A DNA stretch of 34,668 nt from Candidatus Woesearchaeota archaeon (GTDB lineage: Archaea > Nanobdellota > Nanobdellia > Woesearchaeales > GW2011-AR9): the NCBI GenBank assembly GCA_013204355.1, contig JABMOA010000039.1:1-34668 (forward strand), given 5' to 3'. Positions within the stretch are counted from its first letter, which is position 1; every line of letters begins with the position of its first letter. The notes beneath the pieces are model-generated. The model was not told the DNA's origin, did not search any database, and saw only the letters and a program-made list of their open reading frames with translations. This document shows, piece after piece, positions 20,401 to 27,327 of the stretch. The translations under genes were made by a program, and so were the position numbers.

Positions 20401-20598
20401 GATCTTGCGCAGAAATATGCTACACATAAAGATGAAATTAAACCAGGACTTAAAAAAGAAGAAAAAGGGATTTTTGGGAAATTAGAAAGTATTGCAAAAC
20501 AAACAAAAGATAAAAAAATTAATGATGTTGTCGGTAAGGATGAAGCAAAAGATATTTTTGCAAAATTAAAATCAATTACTAAAAAGAGGAAACAATGA
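14431..20598 (+). CDS. Giant single-pass surface protein (adhesin-like): 16-Cys module, carboxypeptidase-regulatory-like beta-sandwiches, FN3/Ig-like domains, DxDxDG Ca-binding repeats
   Basis: Signal peptide; GSVVDEQGQPIVLATV..AGSYTIRASASGY and GKVMD..PGEYSFAVSKKGF; LNWKKP..GYKITR..YSYKIIA; DADGDG, DTDGDG, DSDLNG, DYDGDG; TM VLAWVFLIVGLLAMIGSAGYLVYY. Confidence 0.9.
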   Translation: MGTKKRDVLVVILFLFFLVLISSVTAAEECILFGSLSSSGIDDNLYCQPYDASAKTLCDKDANCDEKKHVIPQECSSLSQCQQVICNTAQTGCELNTPQGLCAQIKGTVVAPQNQVLECTQGCCQIEHSGGDFCQFGSNKYQCDQKVKTLQNGVLKKFDATSGMNVDKCNQLYCKVEIQQATLEGSVVDEQGQPIVLATVSLEGKNVQTTTASDCTYKFEKLNAGSYTIRASASGYLTSTITLNLGAGKTISQKFILKEAKNLVQLKGKVMDVDKKILADATLIYSGPSKGQVISNVQGVYEVQLTPGEYSFAVSKKGFQTSSSQVVLKEGTQEKDFTLQVSLLQGVKGTTYLDTNSNGQLDKDDKPAYGAKIYIDGVFRGFSQPPYGEYQFDVTSGTSHIITGSFQDFEAIPLTFQIKEKEGLIRNLLLTTAEGECSAEGNEKEPLDFFIAPVQGKEELQLNWKKPCKEVLGYKITRVHGEKEEALFEASPLDEIFIDTGVTWNEQYSYKIIALYSKDRQSKPIQSALLSPGNEVCGGKYDQTVKKWKSFCQVENRKTVFTCNAQNQLVQSLDCGSQGQTFFCAPLNENVAECKSAGLCTAGASPFGLFASRDVCYGGKSVENAENFCYYDYSNSISNQCSSCTKVDSCFDYRSQDACEINNCVSSACDWVDVAQNTQLIDYGLIGLPTTVTKETGSGYCAPQNYQKDDSCSLCGSAADLFENAFCTAEVCSALGACFSTKGLTDCSSCGEVPTTVANCYTYGSQLECSGNEGSDQCAWNSCSWLGNKDGGSCVKDSDKDQKDDCDNFIGAEAISCRVDNSAPETVLEGSHSISLAKPTLTFISDDSKHQYASQQNVLGIFGYCLDSTDPNAPSSCIDQDGKDAFIEVPFPGNANKETIVVSVLDSLKDKVVNGQNYVLKYYAEDKYGNREDTKEIFIFVDNVAPEFEISEDIQTTDSSTDLEVFLQGMNEPMSCEFVLTQVLPSGEQSKITLGQDIQQKIVLYQELTGIKYALDVSCTDNSGNAQKKTKEFTFDLEPTIDIVEPPLFGVVSSEDIIFKARTQVGATCELFSFESSLWVKKADFITDETGKEHQTTSIKVSGERTYAAEHKIVCKELYAQKEYEDYYHFTVDFTPSAVQAVVKEETREERFLGTNWETTFVKSPSLSFECKDAACEKIFYCMGTSCSVVPSNQYQEYNTELKLDKSTHVCYYGVDKVLNQPTFADCGDIFIEGYGIELKNPVAHYFGVEQWGISKEPVFDVMFTTKVPTKECRYDTNSNFKYHEAPGFKVLKPNAQNEYTIEKFPESSGGSAFSSGSVKKLYVLCQNKEGSIGPEQELFLSYDNSNPKAQNFVGSPNPLIEGTKVVLSINTDDKTLCKFSDKGHDTYELMNYAFPGAESDLPGVKSSYKRKLHETHYVPYYVNNFQGLKNTIELTSMCKNAAGVFSELQKLTLNIDYTLQGGITKITPQDSYINTDAVLIRVETSKNGFCKIKQDNNLITMQGSGGRVHTFNVPSVLGSHQFPIVCTMGEHQVEGKASYTLDKTKPIISKVNAGLYSCGKSEITVYPVVNENISAFFYEVYSKSGVQEIPENATSFSFGKKTPSSTNLGTLISQGSTDGSKVIKVPAGNLTLGETYQIKVKAVDLAGNEGDFTVSSGVSITNGTESVCQSTKKPGVEVLKTETCKETQFVLECNSLVGCGDINYDVSTSVTGCVPNSTYTGVPLSVSETNVVCYYAIDNIGNEFKGTHTVTFGDADGDGISDSCPDTCANTQKGKVADNEGCSAEQTPEGQKKDTDGDGLYDLFEQTYTRTDGSCVLDYLAKDSDLNGEPDGSEDYDGDGFSNFQEQTQLQDPCQADTIKESNEDSNFPVIPSAPLNDDTNVLAWVFLIVGLLAMIGSAGYLVYYYKYAPQKRGVAGGSGTISHPGQKPALGTRPQQPSIFQDLFRGRQKASRDLKHKSLFGDFTKESKEIPHLGNLLKGSGNHQERVNDLAQKYATHKDEIKPGLKKEEKGIFGKLESIAKQTKDKKINDVVGKDEAKDIFAKLKSITKKRKQ

Positions 20599-21101
20599 AC
20601 AAAAAAGGTCTTGCTGTAAATCAGGTGTTTGTATTTATGATTGCGGGTTTAATTTTTGCATTAATTATGATTTTTGGTTATCAAGCAATCACAGGTTTTA
20701 TTGATACAAGTGAAGATGTTTTGTTTACAAAATTTAAGACAACTATTGAATCAGATGTACAAAAGATTCATACTGACTTTGGTTCTATCAGAAAGAAAAC
20801 GTACACTTTACCTTCAACATATGAAGAAGTATGTTTTGTGAATATGGATAAACCTTATTCTCAAGAATGTAACATTGGATTGTTAGCATGCGATACATGG
20901 AAAACATCTGAAGGATACAAAAGTGTAGATCAAAATGTGTTCTTAAAACCATCAGCTTCTACCATTAAAGTTGCACCAATTACATTAACTGATGTAGAAG
21001 ATAAACCATTAGATTTCTTATGTGTTAAAACTGTAAACGGTGGTTTTACAATAATCTTAGAAGGGAAAGGGGACCATGCGGTGATTTCACCAACATCGTA
21101 A
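20595..21101 (+). CDS. Pilin-like protein, class III signal peptide
   Basis: MNKKG|LAVNQVFVFMIAGLIFALIMIFG; ATGA overlap with the previous gene. Confidence 0.88.
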   Translation: MNKKGLAVNQVFVFMIAGLIFALIMIFGYQAITGFIDTSEDVLFTKFKTTIESDVQKIHTDFGSIRKKTYTLPSTYEEVCFVNMDKPYSQECNIGLLACDTWKTSEGYKSVDQNVFLKPSASTIKVAPITLTDVEDKPLDFLCVKTVNGGFTIILEGKGDHAVISPTS

Positions 21102-21102
21102 A

Positions 21103-22236
21103 ATGGCGCATAAAGGGCAAGTTCAAATTACTGTAAATTGGATTTATATTGTCATTGCTGGCGCAGTCATTTTATTGTTCTTTGCAGGTTTAGTTGTGAA
21201 AGGAAAAGATGCAGCTGAAAAAAATATTGCAGAAGATGTTGTCCAAGTCATGGGGAATATATTTACAGGAGCTGGCGTTTCTGAAAAAACAAAGAATCGT
21301 ATTGAAACAAGTGGCCTTGCAGAATTTACATTTCAATTTACATGTACAGAAGGTGTAAGCACATTCGGGATTAAAGATAAAACTAATTCTGTACAAGATA
21401 CAACGCAGCCTACATTTTCACCTGAAGAAATAAAATCCACAAGGTTGTTATTATGGAGTCTCCCCTATAAATTACCTTATAAAATTGTAGATTTATTATT
21501 TGTTACATCTATTAATACAAAATATTTTTTGATTGCTTTTGACGATATTGATTTTGTTAATGAGTTTGATACTGCAACGGATGATTCAGATAAAACCATG
21601 AAAATCAATTGGCAATCTATCACTTCATTAGAAGATATTGACCCCCAAGGAAATTTTCAAATAAGGATTGTAGATTTAGATGGTATTTATGTTAAGAATA
21701 ACGAAGAAGTCCCTGAAAAAGTACAATCATTAGAAAATGAAAAAGTAACGGCAGTGACGTTCCTTTCAGGAAACTTAGTCCAGTATTATCAAAAGCAAGG
21801 AATTATATGGGCTAAAAAAGGAAAACCTGTAGAAATTGTTTCATTAGGCGGAAAGAGGGATGCCGCAAAATACGCTGCAATTTTTGCACAAGATGGATCC
21901 CAATATAATTGTAATATGCTTAAAGCTTTCAAGAGGTTAAGTTTAGTTAATCAAGTATATCAAGGGAAGTTGAAAGATTTACAGACTTATTATACTGAAA
22001 ATTCCCAATTATCATTAACGAAAGCAAACTGTTATGGTTTAACAGGTGTTGAAGGTTATGCATTTGAACAGAACTTAAAAAATGAAATGGATGCTTATCA
22101 AAACAAAATTGAAACTTGTGTCTTTGAATCAAAGGAAGGTTTAGATTCAACATCATGTCAAGATTTTGTAGGTTTGGCAAGTGCGCTAAGTAATATCAAT
22201 CAACAATTGCAATCGGAATGTATTCCATTATATTGA
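21103..22236 (+). CDS. Pilin-like protein, class III signal peptide
   Basis: MAHKG|QVQITVNWIYIVIAGAVILLFF. Confidence 0.88.
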   Translation: MAHKGQVQITVNWIYIVIAGAVILLFFAGLVVKGKDAAEKNIAEDVVQVMGNIFTGAGVSEKTKNRIETSGLAEFTFQFTCTEGVSTFGIKDKTNSVQDTTQPTFSPEEIKSTRLLLWSLPYKLPYKIVDLLFVTSINTKYFLIAFDDIDFVNEFDTATDDSDKTMKINWQSITSLEDIDPQGNFQIRIVDLDGIYVKNNEEVPEKVQSLENEKVTAVTFLSGNLVQYYQKQGIIWAKKGKPVEIVSLGGKRDAAKYAAIFAQDGSQYNCNMLKAFKRLSLVNQVYQGKLKDLQTYYTENSQLSLTKANCYGLTGVEGYAFEQNLKNEMDAYQNKIETCVFESKEGLDSTSCQDFVGLASALSNINQQLQSECIPLY

Positions 22237-22253
22237 GAGATATAAATATTAAA

Positions 22254-22793
22254 ATGAAATTAGGAAGAAAAAAACAACAAAAATCAAAGATTTTTGAGCT
22301 TTCTCAATCGAGAAAGGGACAGGTACAAATGACTGAAACTATTGCAGTACTTTTCATATTCTTTGTGTTGATTGTTTTTGGCATTTCATTTTTTTATCAA
22401 TATGCACAATCTTCATATAGAGCAGAACAAGAACAATTACTTGGGAAACGTGCAATTGAAACAACTCTGAAAGCATTATTTATCCCTGAATTGATGTGTA
22501 CCAAAGGTGATGCGGAAGCAGAAGATAATTGTTTTGATATGATGAAAGTACGTCATGCGATTGAAATATTTAATGAAAGTAAATTAGTTTATTTTGATAC
22601 TTTTTCGTTTTCTAAAATTAGTCTAACTGAAATTTATCCTGGCAATGAAACTTTTGTATTATATGATTTCCCTAAAAATGAATGGGAAAATTCAGAAAAA
22701 ACATTTTTTATCATTGCAATGAAAGATGAAACAAAAGGTGAAGGCCAGCCACATTTTGGTCTTGGAAGATTAGATATTGAGGTGTATTCATGA
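22254..22793 (+). CDS. Pilin-like protein, class III signal peptide
   Basis: SRKG|QVQMTETIAVLFIFFVLIVFG. Start uncertain (22254 or 22218). Confidence 0.82.
   Translation: MKLGRKKQQKSKIFELSQSRKGQVQMTETIAVLFIFFVLIVFGISFFYQYAQSSYRAEQEQLLGKRAIETTLKALFIPELMCTKGDAEAEDNCFDMMKVRHAIEIFNESKLVYFDTFSFSKISLTEIYPGNETFVLYDFPKNEWENSEKTFFIIAMKDETKGEGQPHFGLGRLDIEVYS
22278..22296 (+). repeat. Palindromic element CAAAAATCAAAGATTTTTG, copy 2 (in frame in a prepilin leader, QKSKIF)
   Basis: 8-bp arms with a 3-nt loop; matches 3504-3521 on the minus strand. Confidence 0.6.
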
Positions 22794-23332
22794 AAAAAGG
22801 ACAGATGGAAATCATCGGCCTTGTTGTCATCGTGATCTTAATCTCGTTAGGAATGTTATTTATGGCTGTGTTTGCGTTGAGTTCTGATTCGTCTAAAAAA
22901 ACATTTACACGGAAAGGATTAGCTTCAAGTACAGTTAGTGGTATTTTAAAATTAAATGTAGGGGCTGAATGTCCTGGACAAGGTTCTCCTCAATTAGGAG
23001 GTGATATTTTAGAAGATTGTGCGATTTATTTTGGTTATAAAGAAGATTCTGCGAGTTCCATTTATCAATGTCGTGAGAAACATAGTTGTGATTTTTTCAG
23101 AGAAATTTCTAATGAAATCTTGAATGGAACTTTGGGTGAACAGGAAAAAAAATATGAATTTACAGTTCATCTCATTGAACAGAAAGGTGCTACACCTAAA
23201 GATTTAATTGAAATAATCAAGAATAAAGGTGGATGTCCCAAAGCCACAATTTCTAATCAAGATAGTTCTAAACCATTTCCGCTGCAAACAGATGCAGGGT
23301 TAGTAGAAGTTGAGTTGAAAATTTGTGATTAG
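22790..23332 (+). CDS. Pilin-like protein, class III signal peptide
   Basis: MKKG|QMEIIGLVVIVILISLGMLF. Confidence 0.9.
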   Translation: MKKGQMEIIGLVVIVILISLGMLFMAVFALSSDSSKKTFTRKGLASSTVSGILKLNVGAECPGQGSPQLGGDILEDCAIYFGYKEDSASSIYQCREKHSCDFFREISNEILNGTLGEQEKKYEFTVHLIEQKGATPKDLIEIIKNKGGCPKATISNQDSSKPFPLQTDAGLVEVELKICD

Positions 23333-23333
23333 T

Positions 23334-25385
23334 TTATTTACAAGTTAGTTTGATGTAATTCAAGGCACATTTCCCTTGAAAACTAGTTGGTTCACATATA
23401 ATTTTTATTGGTTGATTATAGAACTCACAAGGTTCACTAGAGGTACATGAAGGAATTTTATCTCCTATCAAAGAACCATTATCATAAACTTCAAATATAT
23501 TTTTTCCTGCGATAATTTTTGTTTGATGAGAAATATCAGTGGAAAATGAACCTTCAATATAAGCAAAACCATAGATAGAGGTTCCATTACTTGAACTAAA
23601 ACTAATTTTTCCTGAACCCGAGGAAGAAGGTAACCCATATAATATAGTCATTTTACTATCCTTATAAATCCATTCAAATTCTAAGGTCACTTCCCCATTG
23701 CATGTAAATTTATTTTTTGTTTCCATTGATGAAAGTGTTTTTGGTTTCATTGTGATTGAACCAAGGCTTGTATTAATTGTTCCTCCATTAGTGAAAAGAT
23801 TCCAATTAGAAGCAAAATTATTTCCAAACCCCTCATAAAATAATTCCTTACTTTGTGGCTTACTCTCACACGTTCCATTATTACATGTATCTCCACTATA
23901 ACAACTTTCTATCTTCCATTCTAAACAATTATCTGTATCGTAATCTCCACACGTTTTTATTTTTGTAGAAGATTCACAGGCTGTTTGTCCTTTAGTGTTA
24001 CATTCATTTGTGCATGTTGGATTTACTATAGAATCTACACAGGCCCCATCTTTACAGGTCTTCCCAGAGCCACAACTTGTTAATTTCCATTCTAGGCAAT
24101 CATCTTTATCATAATTTCCACATGTGTTAATTGAATTTCCATAACATACTGTTTTTCCTTCATACGAACAAATATCTTCACAATTACCCGTATCTTCAAC
24201 ACAAATTAACTTTTCTGGACTACAAACATCACCAGATTCACAAGTCACCGTTGTTTTGTAAATACACCCCCCTTGGGATGGTCTTTTACAGATTTCAACA
24301 ATAGTGTCACTAAGGCATTGTTTGCCTTCATAACTACATTCATCCACACAAGTATTTCCATTACAATCACTATCTTGTTTATCAATTAAACCATCACAGT
24401 CGTTGTCAATGCTATCATAACAATCTTCAGAAGGGATGGAGGTTAAACATTTGTAGTTGTGTAATTCTGCGGCGGCCATGACATTGATGTTTTGTGATTT
24501 GAATGTATCTATATTGTGCCATGTTTTATAAGCTTTACACTCGTCTGGTTGAATGATTCCTTCCGCAACAAGACCTTGGTAAAGATCATAGGGGATATCA
24601 AGTATTGCTTTTTTTGTGTAGGTTAGGATTTTTTTTGTATCACTTCCCACTTTAGGGGTTAAATCTACAAGATCAATCACAGCTGTAATTCTTTTATCTT
24701 GCGCTAACCATACATCTTTTGGAAGAAGGCAACCAATTTCTGTACTCGTTTTTTGTTGGTGTTGAGAATATTTTATTGCAGCATCTAATGAATCGAAATT
24801 TGTATTTTGTGTATATGCATATGTTTTTTCTGCTACGGTGCCTAATGTGTTCCAGTCTAAATCTTTTGCACTGTTATGTTCAAAAATATGGAAGTAAGGT
24901 TCTCCTTGAAAATCTCCATGGAAGACTTCAAATCCATCTCCATCTTCAAATACAATATAGGCATTTGCTAAAGAAATCCCATTTTTTCGTGCAAATACAT
25001 TTACGGTTTCATTACTTTGAGAATCCCAGAAATTAATACGTCCTTGTGCATTTGTAAACCCGGAACTTACAGGAATCCCACCCACAGTATGTGTTTCAAC
25101 TTTTGATTTTTGATTTCCATCAACAACACATTCTAATGATTCGCATATTTGACTAGGAGGACAATCAGAATCGGTGTCGCATGAATTACCTGTACAATAT
25201 GATTCATTTGTTTCAGCTTGTGCACAGATGTAGGGTGCGTTGCAATCATTGTCAACATCACATGATGTCTGAGTAGAACAACCAAAGGCCGTGGCTCCTA
25301 GTAATGCCAATCCCGATAATTTCAATGAGATATTATTTCGTACACTTTGAAGAAATGATTTTTCTGTGACTGATTCTAATGACAT
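23334..25385 (-). CDS. Cys-rich putative lipoprotein with MopE-like motif and tandem Cys repeats
   Basis: Lipobox-like LALLGATAFG|C; CDVDNDC and CDTDSDC modules; EDCYDSIDNDCDGLID; three CxxxC-(S/N) repeats, two with TCG(N/D)YDxDxCLEWK. Confidence 0.88.
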   Translation of the reverse strand: MSLESVTEKSFLQSVRNNISLKLSGLALLGATAFGCSTQTSCDVDNDCNAPYICAQAETNESYCTGNSCDTDSDCPPSQICESLECVVDGNQKSKVETHTVGGIPVSSGFTNAQGRINFWDSQSNETVNVFARKNGISLANAYIVFEDGDGFEVFHGDFQGEPYFHIFEHNSAKDLDWNTLGTVAEKTYAYTQNTNFDSLDAAIKYSQHQQKTSTEIGCLLPKDVWLAQDKRITAVIDLVDLTPKVGSDTKKILTYTKKAILDIPYDLYQGLVAEGIIQPDECKAYKTWHNIDTFKSQNINVMAAAELHNYKCLTSIPSEDCYDSIDNDCDGLIDKQDSDCNGNTCVDECSYEGKQCLSDTIVEICKRPSQGGCIYKTTVTCESGDVCSPEKLICVEDTGNCEDICSYEGKTVCYGNSINTCGNYDKDDCLEWKLTSCGSGKTCKDGACVDSIVNPTCTNECNTKGQTACESSTKIKTCGDYDTDNCLEWKIESCYSGDTCNNGTCESKPQSKELFYEGFGNNFASNWNLFTNGGTINTSLGSITMKPKTLSSMETKNKFTCNGEVTLEFEWIYKDSKMTILYGLPSSSGSGKISFSSSNGTSIYGFAYIEGSFSTDISHQTKIIAGKNIFEVYDNGSLIGDKIPSCTSSEPCEFYNQPIKIICEPTSFQGKCALNYIKLTCK

Positions 25386-25492
25386 AGTTCTTTTTAGGCG
25401 TTGTTTTATTTAAATATTACTCTTATTTTTGGTGAAACTTACGTAAGGTTTATATACATACTTTGTCTTCTTTTATGAAGATGTTTATACTG

Positions 25493-25530
25493 AACGTTAA
25501 ATAAAATTTAAGATAATTCAATTTAACGTT
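25493..25530. promoter_or_regulatory. Inverted repeat AACGTTAAAT-N18-ATTTAACGTT
   Basis: Perfect 10-bp arms in the divergent intergenic region. Confidence 0.55.
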
Positions 25531-25540
25531 TGTACATACC

Positions 25541-25569
25541 AACAAAAAGTTATAAAAAAACTTTTTGTT
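25541..25569. promoter_or_regulatory. Inverted repeat AACAAAAAGTT-N7-AACTTTTTGTT overlapping the pilin TATA box
   Basis: Perfect 11-bp arms around TTATAAAA, upstream of SD GAGGTGA and ATG 25599. Confidence 0.55.
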
Positions 25570-25598
25570 TAGTATATATTAAAATGAGGTGAACAAAG

Positions 25599-25961
25599 AT
25601 GGTATTAAATAAAAAAGGGCAAGGGCTTTCTTTAAATGTAATTATAATTGCAGCTTTAGCATTGATTGTATTAGTTGTATTAGCGGTAATTTTCACAAGC
25701 TCTTCAGCAGATTTTGCAGATAAGAGTGATAATGTTGCTGGCGATTCAAAATTGAAATTAACAACATTATCATTAACATATGGTGATTGTCAACCTTCAG
25801 GAAGTGCTGAATCAACATTTATGAATGCATATTCGGCAGCTCAAAGCACAGATGATAAAGATAACGCGGTTTCAAACTTCAAGACCGAAATTACCAGATG
25901 TAAAGATTTTAGTGCAGACAAATTAACGTGCGAAGGTAACTCTGGTTGTCTTTGGGGATAA
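25599..25961 (+). CDS. Archaeal type IV pilin-like protein (candidate major pilin)
   Basis: MVLNKKG|QGLSLNVIIIAALALIVLVVLAVIF; strong SD GAGGTGA; first gene after its own promoter. Confidence 0.9.
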   Translation: MVLNKKGQGLSLNVIIIAALALIVLVVLAVIFTSSSADFADKSDNVAGDSKLKLTTLSLTYGDCQPSGSAESTFMNAYSAAQSTDDKDNAVSNFKTEITRCKDFSADKLTCEGNSGCLWG

Positions 25962-25964
25962 ATC

Positions 25965-26228
25965 ATGAACCAAAAAGGTGGGGCTAACATGTGGTGGATT
26001 ATCATTGGTGCAGTTCTTGCACTAGTTGTGTTAGTTGTTCTTGTCTTCATGTTTACCGATAATACAGATCGTGTTAAGGTAGGTTTGAGTGCGTGTTTTG
26101 GTGGAGACTGTAAACCTAAAGGAGAATGCACAGGGAGTATTAATAAAGCTGTAGAATGTTCAGGAAACACAGAAAGTAATCCAATTGTCTGTTGTGTTGG
26201 TAGTGACAAAAAAATTACTACCACATAA
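25965..26228 (+). CDS. Small pilin-like protein with 6-Cys head
   Basis: MNQKG|GANMWWIIIGAVLALVVLVVLVFMF; C..C..C..C..CC. Confidence 0.85.
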   Translation: MNQKGGANMWWIIIGAVLALVVLVVLVFMFTDNTDRVKVGLSACFGGDCKPKGECTGSINKAVECSGNTESNPIVCCVGSDKKITTT

Positions 26229-26229
26229 A

Positions 26230-26379
26230 ATGATCTCTTCTTTTTTTTCTTTATTGAATAATAGGAGAGCAATGAGTACATCAACAATATCTTTGATTGT
26301 CGCTATAATGATCGCTTTGATTGTTTTCATTGTTTTCATTGCCGGTCTCAAAGGAAAATTTGATTTAATAGGTCCATGA
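26230..26379 (+). CDS. Mini pilin-like protein (49 aa)
   Basis: Start revised to ATG 26230; NNRRA|MSTSTISLIVAIMIALIVFIVFIAG. Confidence 0.75.
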   Translation: MISSFFSLLNNRRAMSTSTISLIVAIMIALIVFIVFIAGLKGKFDLIGP

Positions 26380-26546
26380 AATTTAACAAATATAAATTCC
26401 TTCCACAAGGGAAGAAGGGAATGGAGATGAAATTAATTGTTACTCTTATTATTTTACTCATTCTCTTAATCCTTGCAACAATATTATGGCAAACAATTGG
26501 GTCCGAATCAGATACTTTGCTTGGTGGGTTAAAGAATTTATTATAA
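26376..26546 (+). CDS. Mini pilin-like protein (56 aa, not in ORF track)
   Basis: MKFNKYKFLPQGKKG|MEMKLIVTLIILLILLILATILWQTIGSESDTLLGGLKNLL*; ATGA overlap upstream, 1-nt gap downstream. Confidence 0.85.
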   Translation: MKFNKYKFLPQGKKGMEMKLIVTLIILLILLILATILWQTIGSESDTLLGGLKNLL

Positions 26547-26547
26547 C

Positions 26548-27327
26548 ATGGGATATGCAACTAAATTAGTGTTTTATATTATACCTCTTATTTTACTAAT
26601 TGTTGTTGTGTTTATATTTTTTGGTCAAGGTGGAGCATGGGAAGATTTGAAAGATGTAATTTCAGATGCTAAGACTGTTGCACCAGATCTCACTTTTGGG
26701 GAAAATACTCTTAATGCGAGTGAGATTATTACCCCTGCGCATCACGCTGTTAAGATTAAAGAGTTAGTTAAAATAATTAACGAAACAATGTTAAAAAAAG
26801 GCAACGACAATTGTTTTGTAAAAGGGCCGGTATTTGACGATTTTAGAGATGGGGATGAAAGGACATCCATTTCTTTTGTGCGTGTTTCAAATACGGAATC
26901 AAAATTAGTGGTACGTAGTGGTGCAGGTGGAAAACAAATTGATACAACATTACAAGATAAATTTGAAAACCTGGTTCCTTGTGTTATTGGAGGAAGTAAA
27001 GAGATTACGACAAATTTTGTTGCACGTTTCTTTGATAAAACATCTTCAAATCCAGGAAATTATTTTATGCCAGTTGGTGCTGTAACCTTGTCCTATAAAT
27101 TTGGTGCAACAACATCAGATGGTAATGGCATTTCCGTAGCAGATTTTCCTGAAGAAAAGAATCCAATTAATGATGAAGGGGATAATATGGAAAATAATGG
27201 GTGGCTATTTACGCCCGATGGAAAAAATATTTGTTTTTTCCCCACAAATAAAGCAGTAAATGCAGACGATGATGGTATCGATAACGATTATTTTGATAAT
27301 TTACAAGGTGTGAAAATATGTTCATGA
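26548..27327 (+). CDS. N-terminally anchored membrane protein in pilin cluster
   Basis: Hydrophobic N-terminus LVFYIIPLILLIVVVFIFFG with no basic prepilin leader. Confidence 0.85.
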   Translation: MGYATKLVFYIIPLILLIVVVFIFFGQGGAWEDLKDVISDAKTVAPDLTFGENTLNASEIITPAHHAVKIKELVKIINETMLKKGNDNCFVKGPVFDDFRDGDERTSISFVRVSNTESKLVVRSGAGGKQIDTTLQDKFENLVPCVIGGSKEITTNFVARFFDKTSSNPGNYFMPVGAVTLSYKFGATTSDGNGISVADFPEEKNPINDEGDNMENNGWLFTPDGKNICFFPTNKAVNADDDGIDNDYFDNLQGVKICS

